DNA of 63,874 nt, the filler included, from Barthelona sp. PAP020 (Eukaryota), in the NCBI GenBank assembly GCA_040182905.1. It is 10 parts of 10 records of this genome, joined end to end, with 100 filler letters (N's around TTAATTAATTAA, not from the genome) between each part and the next. Parts side by side here need not be neighbours in the genome. Positions count along the whole stretch, not along the records: positions 6,510 to 12,897 come from JARQWU010000552.1; positions 12,998 to 19,352 come from JARQWU010000553.1; positions 19,453 to 25,767 come from JARQWU010000554.1; 7 more parts are not named here. One strand, 5' to 3'. A model generated the notes under the pieces. That model made no database searches and was not told where the DNA came from. It was given only the letters and a program-made list of their open reading frames with translations. The position numbers and the translations under genes are program-made. Below are positions 12,137 to 23,307 of the stretch, one piece after another. Numbering within the stretch: the stretch's first letter is position 1; each line of letters begins with the position of its first letter.

Positions 12137-12455
12137 TTCCAAGCCAAGAAGCATTGTGCGTGTGAATGAACAGAAAAGAATTGTGTTTTTTTGGGTAAAG
12201 GCTTTCGAGGCCCGATTGATCTATTGAAAAACTTTAGATTTTTTGAGGTAAAGTTTAGACTTCAATATTTTGTTTTTGCAAAAATACAAAAGAATAGTAT
12301 TGAAGAATTTCTCCGAAATTCTCCTACTAGATCGTTCCAAATACATTTCAGTCCCTCAATTCCCTCTTGGGATTTTGACTGAAATTTGTTAGAATGGGTT
12401 TTCTAAGTTTACTTTCTTTGCAAATAAATATAGTTGTTTCACAACTGGACCAATT
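12137..12455 (+). repeat. Dispersed ~310-bp non-coding element, copy A
   Basis: Aligns by eye to the reverse complement of 52985-53293, with exact blocks of 25, 27 and 34 nt. Confidence 0.9.
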
Positions 12456-12687
12456 TAAAACAAATTTATTCATTTGCTAAAATAAAAAACAGTAGAAATT
12501 TACTTAAATTAATATTAGCAAATATTGATAAGTGATTAAAATTTTATCTTAATGATCAAAGATGAGAATTTTTGCAACTTTGAATACCCTTTATTATTGA
12601 AAAGTTTTTTGTAGTGTAAATTAAAAATAATCATCTTTGGTTATCTTTATAACTTACCAAACTATAAAATCATTTTGAAGAAAACAT

Positions 12688-12759
12688 GCGAGTATAGCTC
12701 AGTGGTAGAGCATCGGATTGCAAATCCGTGGGTCATCAGTTCAACTCTGGTTACTCGCT
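12688..12759 (+). tRNA. tRNA-Cys (GCA)
   Basis: GCGAGTA/TACTCGC acceptor stem, D arm GCTC-AGTGGTA-GAGC, anticodon arm CGGA-TTGCAAA-TCCG, GTTCAA T-loop, U73 discriminator, followed by an oligo-T terminator. Confidence 0.95.
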
Positions 12760-12997
12760 TTTTCGATCACAAATTTTTGGGATTCGGATCGAGTCCTTGA
12801 ATTCACGTTAGACGAAAGGGCAAAATTAAAGGCTTTAATTTATATTTACTAACTGGGGTTGGGGAAATTACTCCATGGTATCTTTGCTGTTTTGGTCNNN
12901 NNNNNNNNNNNNNNNNNNNNNNNNNNNNNNNNNNNNNNNNNTTAATTAATTAANNNNNNNNNNNNNNNNNNNNNNNNNNNNNNNNNNNNNNNNNNNN

Positions 12998-13177
12998 AAG
13001 CAAGGTTATTTCTGATACAATTATCAAAAAACATATCAAAAAATGCACAAGAATCATTTGTGAAACAATGGAACCTTGAATAAATTGAGTGTGTTTGGGT
13101 GGCTTATTTGGATTAGCTGAACCATCAAAAGGATCAATTGACATTTGGATTGACAATTGCGATTCGGATGGTTTCAT
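12998..13177 (-). CDS. Partial CDS, possible membrane protein, running off contig start
   Basis: ORF open into the linker, with hydrophobic stretch ILVHFLICFLIIVS; start uncertain. Confidence 0.4.
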
Positions 13178-13731
13178 TAAGGATAAAAGTTAAATATAAT
13201 AGTACCGTCTAATTTTACTTCACCAAACTCACTTGTCAAAGCGTCTGAAACTTTTTTCCTGGAATGAATATTGATTTTTACCTTTCAAAAAGAATTCTTT
13301 TAAAAGAGAGATTTTTTAAAAAGAAAAGGTGGTTTCAAGAAAGTGTATAGTACCTTTTTAATGAATTTTTTGATTATATATTGAAGAATATTAATTATTT
13401 GAGGATAGAAATGGCTCTAAAGCCAAACATTGAGAAAAAGTAGTTTTCTTTTTTTCTTTTCTTTCATTGTTAGCAAAGTTTTTGCCAAAAAAAGAATGTT
13501 TTCATTCTTTACATAAAAGGAAAAAAATTGAATGAGCGAAAATCAAGATTTTAATTTTTTGATAATATATAAGGCTGTTGAGAACACATTCCTGCGTTCA
13601 CATAATATTGATAAGAAAGGAATTAAAGTGAGCGTGAAAAGAGTTGGAAATGACCTTGCTTTTTTGGATGATTTGATTTGATTTACAGCAAATAAATAAA
13701 AACAAAAAATACACAATTAAAAGAAGAATTT

Positions 13732-15348
13732 ATGTTTGCTTTACTGCATGTTGCTTTATTAGAAGGTTCTGGTTCAAATTTATGGACAAGATCGGTGATT
13801 AAGAGTCTTGTTAATCAAAATGTTGACGTTGTATTAGTATGTCAAGAAAATCATCCTGAGCTTTATGATTTTATTACTCATTCATATGTATTTTCTAATA
13901 ACAATGAAACAATAACTGAAGAATGGATTAGAGATTCACCTTATCCAGGAAATTGCTACATATATCGGCCGGATTTGAATGATAAATTGTTGGTTTATGT
14001 CGAAGATCAATATGAACATATTAATCAAATTGTTCCACTTGTAAATGCGTCTAATGAAGAAATTGATGTCTATATTCAGCAAAATGAGGCTGCTTTGCTT
14101 AAAATACTTCAAATTCACAAAGAAATTGAACTTATACACGTAAACCATACATGTTTGTTGAGTAGTGTCGCAGAAAAAGTTTACAACAGAACGAAAATAC
14201 CTTATCAAATTTTCCCCCATGGGTCTGCGATTGAGTATGCAGTATGTGCAAATAATTACTGTAAGCTGTTGGCAAAAGAAGCATTACTACATTCCAATCG
14301 AATCTTAGCGATTAGTTCCGAGATTGCCGATCGATTATGTGGAATATATCCAGAAATTCCCAAAGAAAAATTTGAAATATGTCCATTAGGAGTAGATCCA
14401 AAAACTTTCCAAAAATTTTCAAAGTCATTTGCAAAAGAACAATTTCTAAATGGTATTCACAATTTGAACAAAGGGGAAGGTTTCAATAAACAACTAAGTA
14501 CTGCAATAGACGAATTAGTTTGGGATTCAGACAGTATTGATTCCAACCATATGTTAACTTCCAAAACTTTGGAAAATTTACTTCAAGCTTTCAAGCACAG
14601 TGCAGTGGATGACAGAAGCTACAATGAATGTCCAATATTCTCAAATAATCAAAATAACAGCATAATATTTGTGGGAAGATTGATTCAAGGAAAAGGTGTA
14701 CATTTTTTATTAATGGCATTCCCATTGATTTTTAAAGTACATAAAGAAGCCACTTTGTCTTTTGTCGGATCTGGTCCATTACGAGTTAAACTTGAATTTA
14801 TCTTAAGGTGTTGGAAATTAAATAACAGAACCGCGTTTGAAACAATTTTATTGAGCGAGGATTTCAAGGATGTGAAATTATGGTGGAATTCAAAATGCAT
14901 TGAGTATAGGGATGAATATTGGAGTCAAGCTCATCAATGTGCTGCAAATGTTGATTTTATGGGATATATTCCACATAAATATTTGAGATATTTATATTCG
15001 TTGTCAAAAATTGCAGTATTTCCTTCAGTCGTAAAGGAAGCTGGTCCTTTAGTGTTTTTAGAAGCACAAGCTGTTGGTGTTCCATCAATTGGAATCAATC
15101 ATGGAGGAGCGGAGCTGTTCTTAAATACTTTGCAAAATGAAACCGAATTGGCTGAATTAGCCGAAAAATGTAGGATTCCCTTGCTTTCTATTCTTCAAAT
15201 CAATGAATATATTGATTTAATCGCTGAAAAATCTATCGAATCGATGAATTACATTTCACAATATCCTAATTCAACAGCAAAAATGAGGGATATTGTGTTG
15301 CAAAAGCACGATTGGAACACTATCTCAAAATACCTTGCTAATATCTGA
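13732..15348 (+). CDS. Glycosyltransferase family 4 (GT-B fold), bacterial-like
   Basis: N-terminal LLEGSGSNLWT, IIFVGRLIQGKGVHFLL, VFPSVVKEAGPLVFLEAQAVGVP (E-x7-E motif); intronless. Confidence 0.9.
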   Translation: MFALLHVALLEGSGSNLWTRSVIKSLVNQNVDVVLVCQENHPELYDFITHSYVFSNNNETITEEWIRDSPYPGNCYIYRPDLNDKLLVYVEDQYEHINQIVPLVNASNEEIDVYIQQNEAALLKILQIHKEIELIHVNHTCLLSSVAEKVYNRTKIPYQIFPHGSAIEYAVCANNYCKLLAKEALLHSNRILAISSEIADRLCGIYPEIPKEKFEICPLGVDPKTFQKFSKSFAKEQFLNGIHNLNKGEGFNKQLSTAIDELVWDSDSIDSNHMLTSKTLENLLQAFKHSAVDDRSYNECPIFSNNQNNSIIFVGRLIQGKGVHFLLMAFPLIFKVHKEATLSFVGSGPLRVKLEFILRCWKLNNRTAFETILLSEDFKDVKLWWNSKCIEYRDEYWSQAHQCAANVDFMGYIPHKYLRYLYSLSKIAVFPSVVKEAGPLVFLEAQAVGVPSIGINHGGAELFLNTLQNETELAELAEKCRIPLLSILQINEYIDLIAEKSIESMNYISQYPNSTAKMRDIVLQKHDWNTISKYLANI

Positions 15349-16703
15349 AAACAATTGATTGCAGCAAAAACGAAATTTTTGAGAGTTCATGTAAATTTTG
15401 GCTTTTTTTTAATTATTGTTTGCTTGTAGTATTTGACTAAATAGACAACAAGAAAAGAGATTATGCAAGCCTAAAGATATAGATAATTGTTGTCATGAAG
15501 CAAATAGCTGCTATTTCAAACTCAGTTTCACACGAGTTCATGTGGTAATTTTTCCAAAATTGACCAAGTTTCCAAAAATTTTGTGTGGCTCTTAGTGCTT
15601 GGTTTTATTAATTCTTGTGATCCGTTAGATTTTAGAAAAGTGAACAAGCAACCTGAAAGAAGGATGAAATATTCTTCATTCATTGAGAGCTAGATTTCTT
15701 GAAAGCTGCTAGATTTTTGTCCAATTTAAAAATGTTGTTCAACAAGGTTATTTGTACTCATTGAATGCCTGTGGGAGTTGTTTTTAAAAGACTTTTTGAT
15801 ATATTTAGTTAATTTTTATGGTAAACAATTTCAAAAACTGCTAAATTTATGGGAATGTCAATTTCATTTATTATTTATACAAAACCAGTGTGAATATTTT
15901 GTTTTTTTTTGGGTAGTTTTTCTCTTCAAATAGAAAAGCTTGGTTTACATTATGGAAAATAGTTGTAATGTTGTCGTGTGTATCCATTAAATAATATTTT
16001 TCAAGTATTAATAGTCATTGTTGAATTTCAAACAAGAATAATTTTTGTGCATGATTTCCATTTTTTCCTTTGTTCTGGAAGTTTTTTTTTTCTTTCCATA
16101 AATATTTTTTTTCAAAGACACAAAAGTCAATAATACAAACAAAATGACATTCAAAATCTTCATAATTAAATTTTTATTTAATTTTTTATTTATTTATTTA
16201 ATTTAATTTTTTTTTTTTAAAAAAAGTAAATTGTTAAATTTTTTGAATCCAGATTCTTATCTATCTAAATTCAAAATATAAGGCTGCAAAATTGCTTGGC
16301 TAGAGAATGTATGCAAATAAAAAGAAATATAAATGAAATTTCTCAAAAATCAAACAATATAAAAAGAAAAAAGAAGATTTGACCCATTGCTGTTAAAAAA
16401 CTGCTGTCAAAACTAAAAATTTATTAAAATGACAAAACCAATCAATCAGAGGTTTTGTTTCAAAAAATTTACCAAAGGTTCCATTTTTGATCAAAACACA
16501 CAGAAATTTTTGGATTGATCTTTTTGACGAACCAAGACTACCATTCATCATGAATTTCTTTCAGAACAGGATAAAAGGAGCCAAAAACCTCAATTCATTG
16601 AAATGAACAAGCACCCAAACAAAAAAATAGTGAATAGCATATATTTCAAATCCTGTGAAACTCCTCAAAATAAGAGATTTCATTTTTTTTTTTTTTGAAA
16701 GAA

Positions 16704-17277
16704 ATGTCAGTCAAAGTCATTATTAGCAATATTAGGAGAGAACAAGGAACCTTTAATGGGTTAAAAACTCTTTTGGAACCTTATAATCCGTATTTAAATT
16801 GATTTCTATTTACCTAACAATAATAGTATTTTTTCATTTATTCATTCCACCACAACTTTTAACAGGAAGCTTAAACACACATTTCCCAAGAAATTTGCCA
16901 TTGTTGAAGTTGAATCCCAAGAAGTTGCCCAAAAAATGATTGATGAATTGACCGGAATGTATCCTAATAAGAAGGGAAATTTTGGACTTAATGTCGCCAT
17001 CTATGAAAGTAGATTTACTCCTGATGAAAACACTGTTTTTGTTGGATCTTTTGACATGCAGCATTATGATGTTGTCGTCAATATGCTTGAACTTCCTGAA
17101 AATGTTGATATTGCCAAGTTCAAATCTCATCTCTTAATTCGTGCCAACGAAAATTCTGAAGATTTTGTTTCAATCATATCCGAAAAGAACGGTATGGTTA
17201 TTCCTGATATTGAAGTATCTTTAAAGATTGAAAAGGCAAAGTTACGTAAAAATAATCGTTTCCACAAGAAAAATTAA
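16704..17277 (+). CDS. RRM-type RNA-binding protein (exons 16704-16789 and 16827-17277)
   Basis: Removing the 37-nt intron GTATTT...CTAACAATAATAG joins MSVKVIISNI... in frame to ...KFAIVEVESQEVAQKMIDELTG... and NTVFVGSF (RNP2/RNP1-like). Confidence 0.7.
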
Positions 17278-17792
17278 ATCTGAAACTGATGTACTCTTTA
17301 TCATATGGTTCTTTCCGTTTTTTTTTTAAAAGTAATTATTTATGTTTGTTTACAATCTTTCTCTTACTGTGTATATTTTTTGACAATAAAATAAATAAGT
17401 ATTTTTTTTAATTTTGTTTTGTTTTTGAATATATGAAATAATAAGCAAACAAATCACATGAACAAGAAATAAAAATTAATAAAAAAGAACAAATTCACTA
17501 ACAAACACTATTCTAAATAAATAATTCCTATTTTTTATAATCACATTCAGTTATGATGTGACCAACAACAATTCTTTTTAAAATAAATGACTAAATAAAA
17601 ATTGATAAGAAAAATTCAAAAAATTGTTGAAACTGCACAACAATATAATGAAGATTATATAAACTATCACCCTTCAATTCAATCACAGTGATATGAATTG
17701 AAAAAAAAATGTTGGGAAAAATTTATTGAAAATATAAAAATTACAGATCTTTCAGTTTTCTTTCCTTTAGATTCAATTTATACAAGTCAGCA

Positions 17793-18362
17793 ATGGTTGC
17801 ACACAATAACATTATTGCCAATAATCACTTCCATAAGGATTGGGATAAGCGCGTACGTACTCATTTCGATCAACCTGCAAAGAAGCTTAAACGCCGTATT
17901 GCTCGTCAAAACAAGGCCAAGGCTGCTTTCCCTCGTCCCACTGAAAGTCTCCGTCCCGTTGTTCGTTGTTGTTCTCAACGTTACAACATTCGTGAACGTC
18001 TTGGACGTGGTTTCACTCTTGATGAATTAAAAGCTGCTGAAGTTACCCCCTATTATGCTCGTTCTGTCGGTATTTCCGTTGATATTCGTCGTATTAACAA
18101 GAATCAAGAAAGTTTCCGTCAAAATGTCCAACGTTTAAAAGAATATATGGAAAAATTAGTTCTCTTAGATCAAGGTAAGACTCAAGATGTTGTTCAAATT
18201 AAGAAAGTTATGCCTTTCAGTCATGTTAAAAATGTTCTTTCTTTCGGTCAAATTACTGAAGAAATGCTTAAGGGAGATGCTTTCAAGACAATGCGTATGT
18301 CCCGTATTAAAAAGAATCTTCACGGTATGTGGGCTAAGTCTGATGAAAACGAGACTGTCTAA
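17793..18362 (+). CDS. RPL13: 60S ribosomal protein eL13
   Basis: HFHKDWDKRVRTHFDQPAKK, LRPVVRC, RLGRGFTLDELKAA, GISVDIRRINK; strongly biased codon usage. Confidence 0.98.
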   Translation: MVAHNNIIANNHFHKDWDKRVRTHFDQPAKKLKRRIARQNKAKAAFPRPTESLRPVVRCCSQRYNIRERLGRGFTLDELKAAEVTPYYARSVGISVDIRRINKNQESFRQNVQRLKEYMEKLVLLDQGKTQDVVQIKKVMPFSHVKNVLSFGQITEEMLKGDAFKTMRMSRIKKNLHGMWAKSDENETV

Positions 18363-18502
18363 TTCATTTTTACAAGGAAATACTCACCATTGCCACGGTA
18401 AATTATTTGAATCGTGATTTTTTTTTCTTTAAATCAAACCGGAAAAATTTTGATAAAAAAACAAAAGGGTTATAAATATTTTCTTTATACATTGTTTAAT
18501 AA

Positions 18503-19108
18503 TTATAAGTTGTGATATGGTGTATATTGTGAATTTGAAACATGTACATCAGAGTGATTGACAGTTGGAAAATTATTTGCATTGGTATTTTGTGAAACGG
18601 GAAAGTATGATAAGTTTTCATTTGGCAAATCAACATTGGCACCTGCATCAATCATATCTAAATATTCTGTCTGTTCAACCACATTTTGATTATCAACTCT
18701 TATTAAATTCATTGATGAATAAGCGATATCACTGATATATAAATCATTAAAAGACCTCAACTCCGTCCTTATTTCATTACATTGATGAACAACATTCACA
18801 CTAGGCTTACCTGTTTTTAAGCATATTGCAAATATTTTCAAAAGTCTAACATATCTTAAAAATCCCAAAGCATTCATGGAAAAAACAACATCATCAGAAG
18901 TTATCGTCTTTCTTTTTTCATCAATACATCGATCAGATGCTTCGGATGTGATAAAACACACATATTCTGACGCACATTCTTGAACAAATTCTTTTGATTC
19001 TTTAGAAATCTTTGCATGCTCGGGAAGACTTTTTTTCATTAGTCGTCCAATATTGGCAATTGGTAGGAACTGTTCTTGGTTTTCTTTTGAAGATTCCAAA
19101 TTATCCAT
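18503..19108 (-). CDS. NFYB: CCAAT-binding factor subunit NF-YB/HAP3 (histone fold)
   Basis: QEQFLPIANIGRLMKKSLPEHAKISKESKEFVQECASEYVCFITSEASDRC..EKRKTI. Confidence 0.92.
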   Translation of the reverse strand: MDNLESSKENQEQFLPIANIGRLMKKSLPEHAKISKESKEFVQECASEYVCFITSEASDRCIDEKRKTITSDDVVFSMNALGFLRYVRLLKIFAICLKTGKPSVNVVHQCNEIRTELRSFNDLYISDIAYSSMNLIRVDNQNVVEQTEYLDMIDAGANVDLPNENLSYFPVSQNTNANNFPTVNHSDVHVSNSQYTPYHNL

Positions 19109-19193
19109 GTCATGTCAAAACAAAACAAAATGAAAAGTCAATTTTTTTACAGATGAACTTGATTAAACAGGATAAAAATAAAAATAAAATAAT

Positions 19194-19352
19194 TATTTAT
19201 CTTCAACATTTAGAGTGTTGATGATATGCTCATTCGAAAAATACTCATCTTTTGTAATTGTGTGTTGAGAAATAAAATTCTGTAATTCTTCCACTGTTTC
19301 TATTTGATCTCTCTCTAAAACTAAACTTTCTTCGACAATTTCCCATTTTGTG
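19194..19352 (-). CDS. 3' end of an unidentified gene at contig edge
   Basis: Open frame from the linker: ...TKWEIVEESLVLERDQIETVEELQNFISQHTITKDEYFSNEHIINTLNVEDK*. Confidence 0.5.
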
Positions 19353-19975
19353 NNNNNNNNNNNNNNNNNNNNNNNNNNNNNNNNNNNNNNNNNNNNTTAA
19401 TTAATTAANNNNNNNNNNNNNNNNNNNNNNNNNNNNNNNNNNNNNNNNNNNNTAAAGATTAAGGTTTATTATTTATTAGTCAACTGAGATTTCCCAGTCT
19501 CTAATTTGGGAAAGTTCTGGAAAAGGTTCGTACAAGAAGAAAAATAAAACATTGTTTATGATTCCTGGAGATCGAAAACATGACTAAATTTACTTCAAAC
19601 AATCAATGAAAGAGGTCAAACAATAATCTTCAAGTGCTCAAGAAAATATGAATGGGAAAATTTCTGCTGAAAAGCCAGACACCTCAAAAAAGAAAAAAGA
19701 ACAAATTAACAAAGAATCACAGGATAAACAAACAATTTATTCACAAGCAATGAATGAAACCCTCCAAAACCAATTTTTTAGTTTAAAGAATAATATGTCT
19801 TAATTTTTTCAGTTTTTCAACAAATATCACAGCTACTACAATACTGAACGAAATTTAAGGAAAAAAATAAAGATCCACTCATCAATATTGACTTGCCAAA
19901 AAAGAGTTTTCAAAAGAACAGACAAACATAACAGCGGACTGAATATTTATCTTTAAAAAACTAAAAACATCAATA

Positions 19976-21724
19976 CTAACCTTTTAGTAACTCTTTGAGG
20001 CCACTTGAATTCAAAATTAATTCCAATTGAGAGTTTTTACAGATTTTATGTATAATCTCGTTTAATGAAGGTAAAATGGTCTTTGGAGCATATCTATACA
20101 ACCCAACAATCAATATTTGAACATTCCAAAAACATTTCAAAGTTTCATCATCAAATTCTTTATCACCTTGATATTCACATAAATAACTTATCAAATAAAG
20201 ACTATTAACTGTCATTCCAAAATGTTGAGTGTCTCTTTCGTTAAAAAGTTGTAACATGAGACATAGAAGCTTAACAAATTTCAAACTCATCAATTTAGCA
20301 AAAATTCTTTGGTCCAAACAATGTTCAAAGAACAAAACTAATCCATCAATTAACAAGCTCAACATGTCCAACCGATTAAAATAAATCAATGACTTAAAGA
20401 GTTGAGCAAACTTATCCAAACTTTTTCCAAAACTTTCAACGGAATTGCAACAAGAAATCAACGTTGAAATGAATTCACACAATAATAAACTGAACCATCC
20501 ATTCATTTGCAAATGTAAATTAGTCATATCCAGGCTAATATTCAATAAATCATAAGAATATGAATCAATCATGTAATATTGAAAATACAAATTGAAAAAA
20601 TACAACAAATTACTCAATATTTCAATATTGGCAATATGATTGGAGTTCTTTCCATATGCAATAAACACTTCTATCAAGGCTCCAATTGTCCGAGAATCAA
20701 TAGGTCCTATCTTCAAACACCGGTCATACTCGACAATTATTGTTCTAAAATTTCCAAAAATATTTGCAATCAACAAATCAATCTTTAAATTATTTCCATA
20801 ATATTGAATCAATTTTGCTAAAAAAACATTCAAAAGATCAATATCGTTTGCAACATCAATAACAGAAGGACCAATGATGGTTTGCAACAGATGAATAATA
20901 ACAGGGATTTTCAAATCATTCGTCATGTATGGTGTTATTAGAGATACAAACGTCAAATTTTTTAAAAAACTTACTCTTTTCAATGAACATATAATTTCGA
21001 TGATCAAACAATCATTTTTAGTTTTCAAAATTTCATTTATAAAAACACAAAACTTCTTTTCAATAATAGGTTTCATTGTTAATGGAATTAAACAAACCTT
21101 AAATTGAATCAACTTTCTCCACAAAGGTAAATGGAAAATTTGGAAACTTTTGAAATATTTAAAAAAATTAACACTAAAATCCAAACAATTATCAATTGTT
21201 AGATGATTACATATGTTATTAACATCTTCAATGTTAATAGACATATCATAATCACAAAGTCCTTTAGGAAATCTTTTAACCACTGTGACTTCATCATAAT
21301 AAGTAGCTAACGTTTCGTATATATTAGTTAACATCTCATATCGGTTCAATTCAGATGATTTTATTGCACTTTCTTTCAAAATATGAAAATTTTCAATCAA
21401 CTCTTCATACATACCATTACATAATAAAGCTTCAATATATCGAAATCGGTTTAAAGTTCTCAATCTTGAAATAACATGTTCATTTGTGGATTGTATTTTA
21501 GTGTTTGTCAATAAGTATTCCAATTGTTTAGAGTCCAATATACAGTTACTATAATCCGTTTTGGTAAAATATTCTTTACATCTATGATTCAAACATTCAA
21601 TACAATTTTCCACATGTTCTGGATCTTTTTCATAATATTTCGTAATATGTTGATCATACTCAAATAACGTAAAACCAGGAAAATTGGGTGAATCTACATC
21701 AATTGACATCAAATTCACAAACAA
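19976..21724 (-). CDS. Hypothetical helical (ARM/HEAT-like) protein
   Basis: 582-aa ORF with Leu/Ile-rich amphipathic helices; true start probably MSIDVDS near 21709. Confidence 0.65.
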   Translation of the reverse strand: MFVNLMSIDVDSPNFPGFTLFEYDQHITKYYEKDPEHVENCIECLNHRCKEYFTKTDYSNCILDSKQLEYLLTNTKIQSTNEHVISRLRTLNRFRYIEALLCNGMYEELIENFHILKESAIKSSELNRYEMLTNIYETLATYYDEVTVVKRFPKGLCDYDMSINIEDVNNICNHLTIDNCLDFSVNFFKYFKSFQIFHLPLWRKLIQFKVCLIPLTMKPIIEKKFCVFINEILKTKNDCLIIEIICSLKRVSFLKNLTFVSLITPYMTNDLKIPVIIHLLQTIIGPSVIDVANDIDLLNVFLAKLIQYYGNNLKIDLLIANIFGNFRTIIVEYDRCLKIGPIDSRTIGALIEVFIAYGKNSNHIANIEILSNLLYFFNLYFQYYMIDSYSYDLLNISLDMTNLHLQMNGWFSLLLCEFISTLISCCNSVESFGKSLDKFAQLFKSLIYFNRLDMLSLLIDGLVLFFEHCLDQRIFAKLMSLKFVKLLCLMLQLFNERDTQHFGMTVNSLYLISYLCEYQGDKEFDDETLKCFWNVQILIVGLYRYAPKTILPSLNEIIHKICKNSQLELILNSSGLKELLKG

Positions 21725-21858
21725 AAAATATGCTTTTCTTTTTTTTATTTAATTTCGTAAGAAAACACCAAATATTAAAATTCAATGATATTTTTAAACA
21801 AATGAATTGACACGGTTTACTGTAAAGCAAAAATTTCTTTAAACAAAATTTCAACATT

Positions 21859-22827
21859 ATGTCAACCATTCATTTATTAAGAAAATGTGCAATCGATGAG
21901 TGTATTGCATGTTTAACATGGTGTCCATTCAAAAATGAAGAAAAAACATTGTTAACAACCACTTACCATTTGACTGATCCACAAACCCAAGCTCACACAG
22001 GTTCAATAGCCTTATACGATACCAAACAAATTGAAGAACAACATCCAGATAGAATTTTTGAACATCGATTTTCTGAAGGTGTATTTGATGCCAAATGGAA
22101 AGAATTGCCGGATGGAAAAAAAGTCTTGTTAATTGGATTAACTGATGGTATGATTAAGCTTTTTGAATTGAAGGACAAACAATTGAATGAAATAAATTCT
22201 TCCCCAAAACATTCAAATATGTGTTGTTGTGTATCATTTAGGCCTAAAAGTTATGAAGTAGCATGTGGTTATGCTGATGGTTATGTTAGATTGTGGAATC
22301 TAAGTGATTTATCAACTCCAATTTGGGAAAAACAGCTTCATGAATATGCTGTTTGGAGTATTTCCTTTTTAACTGAAAATATCATAGCTAGTGGTGCAGA
22401 TGATTTTAAACTTTTGTTGATTGATGCTGATTCAAGTGATATTTTGTATCAAAATACCCGAACTCATGAAGCTGGCATCACATGTATTATTCCTTATGAT
22501 GAAAATACATTTATTACTGGATCTTATGATAAAAATTTGAGAGTATTTGATTTAAACAATATTAGAAAACCTTTGAAAACTGTTTTTTTGGAAGGTGGTG
22601 TTTGGAACGTGAGTGTAGAAAAAGAAAATTTGATCGCAAGTTGTATGCAAGCTGGACATAAAGTGCTAAACAAAAATTTTGAAATAATGGACACTTATTC
22701 ACATGATGCTGATGGAAATGGTTTGAATTATTGGGCTGATTTTTCCAAAAATATAGAAGATCCTTTGTGGGCAAGTTGTAATTTTTATGATAAAAGTTTT
22801 CATTTTTGGAAGCTTAGAAATGAATAA
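21859..22827 (+). CDS. DPH7: Diphthine methylesterase DPH7/WDR85 (WD40)
   Basis: TYHL...GSIALY, GVFDAKW, HEYAVW, SGADD, HEAGITCI, TGSYDKNLRVFD, GGVW, ASCMQAG, ASCNFYDK are characteristic of DPH7/RRT2. Confidence 0.85.
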   Translation: MSTIHLLRKCAIDECIACLTWCPFKNEEKTLLTTTYHLTDPQTQAHTGSIALYDTKQIEEQHPDRIFEHRFSEGVFDAKWKELPDGKKVLLIGLTDGMIKLFELKDKQLNEINSSPKHSNMCCCVSFRPKSYEVACGYADGYVRLWNLSDLSTPIWEKQLHEYAVWSISFLTENIIASGADDFKLLLIDADSSDILYQNTRTHEAGITCIIPYDENTFITGSYDKNLRVFDLNNIRKPLKTVFLEGGVWNVSVEKENLIASCMQAGHKVLNKNFEIMDTYSHDADGNGLNYWADFSKNIEDPLWASCNFYDKSFHFWKLRNE

Positions 22828-22950
22828 ATTTATTGTTTTTTTTTTATATTTAACATCGTTTTGTGATGTCATAATTGAAATTATAAAAAAAAATTTGGTA
22901 TATGAAAAATAAAGTAAAATAATTTACACCCGAATAAAAAAAAAGAAATA

Positions 22951-23235
22951 TTACCAATTTAATTCATTCCAAGCTTTTTCCAACTCACCTTTCATAATTT
23001 TAATTCTGTATTTGAGTTTTTCATTTTCAATCTTTAATTTTTCATTTTCTTCCTTTAATTCATTTAATTCTTGAATATTTTCACCATCAACTCCGTAACA
23101 ATTTAGCTTTTCTTTCAATTGACGATTTTCTTCAAGAATCTCAAAAATATCTCTACTATCAACAGTTTGAGAAATGCCAACATTCTCTTCCAAAGCTTTG
23201 ACTCTCATTTCAAGGTTTTCAACCTTTGTATCCAT
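22951..23235 (-). CDS. Small coiled-coil protein
   Basis: 94 aa with heptad pattern, ENEKLKYRIKIMK; divergent from NFRKB. Confidence 0.65.
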   Translation of the reverse strand: MDTKVENLEMRVKALEENVGISQTVDSRDIFEILEENRQLKEKLNCYGVDGENIQELNELKEENEKLKIENEKLKYRIKIMKGELEKAWNELNW

Positions 23236-23307
23236 TATTTTTGGTATGTAAAAAAAAAAAAATTTTTTTTGAAAAAATCACATCTGAAGAGAATAAGATT
23301 TAATTTT

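Noticed and set aside
12770..12822. tRNA-like minus-strand segment (GCCCTTTCGTCTAACG...AGGACTCGATCCGAATCCC) next to tRNA-Cys
   Set aside because: Cannot be folded into a cloverleaf and has no anticodon arm; at most a degenerate remnant.
19453..19600. Possible eL28-like reading frame (SQSLIWES...)
   Set aside because: Stops after about 35 codons and the similarity is too weak to support.
23119..23307. N-terminal extensions given by the ORF track (also at 3283, 28849, 48174, 49963, 63728)
   Set aside because: They are poly-T/poly-A promoter tracts read from TTG/GTG or upstream ATG codons; downstream ATGs fit better.
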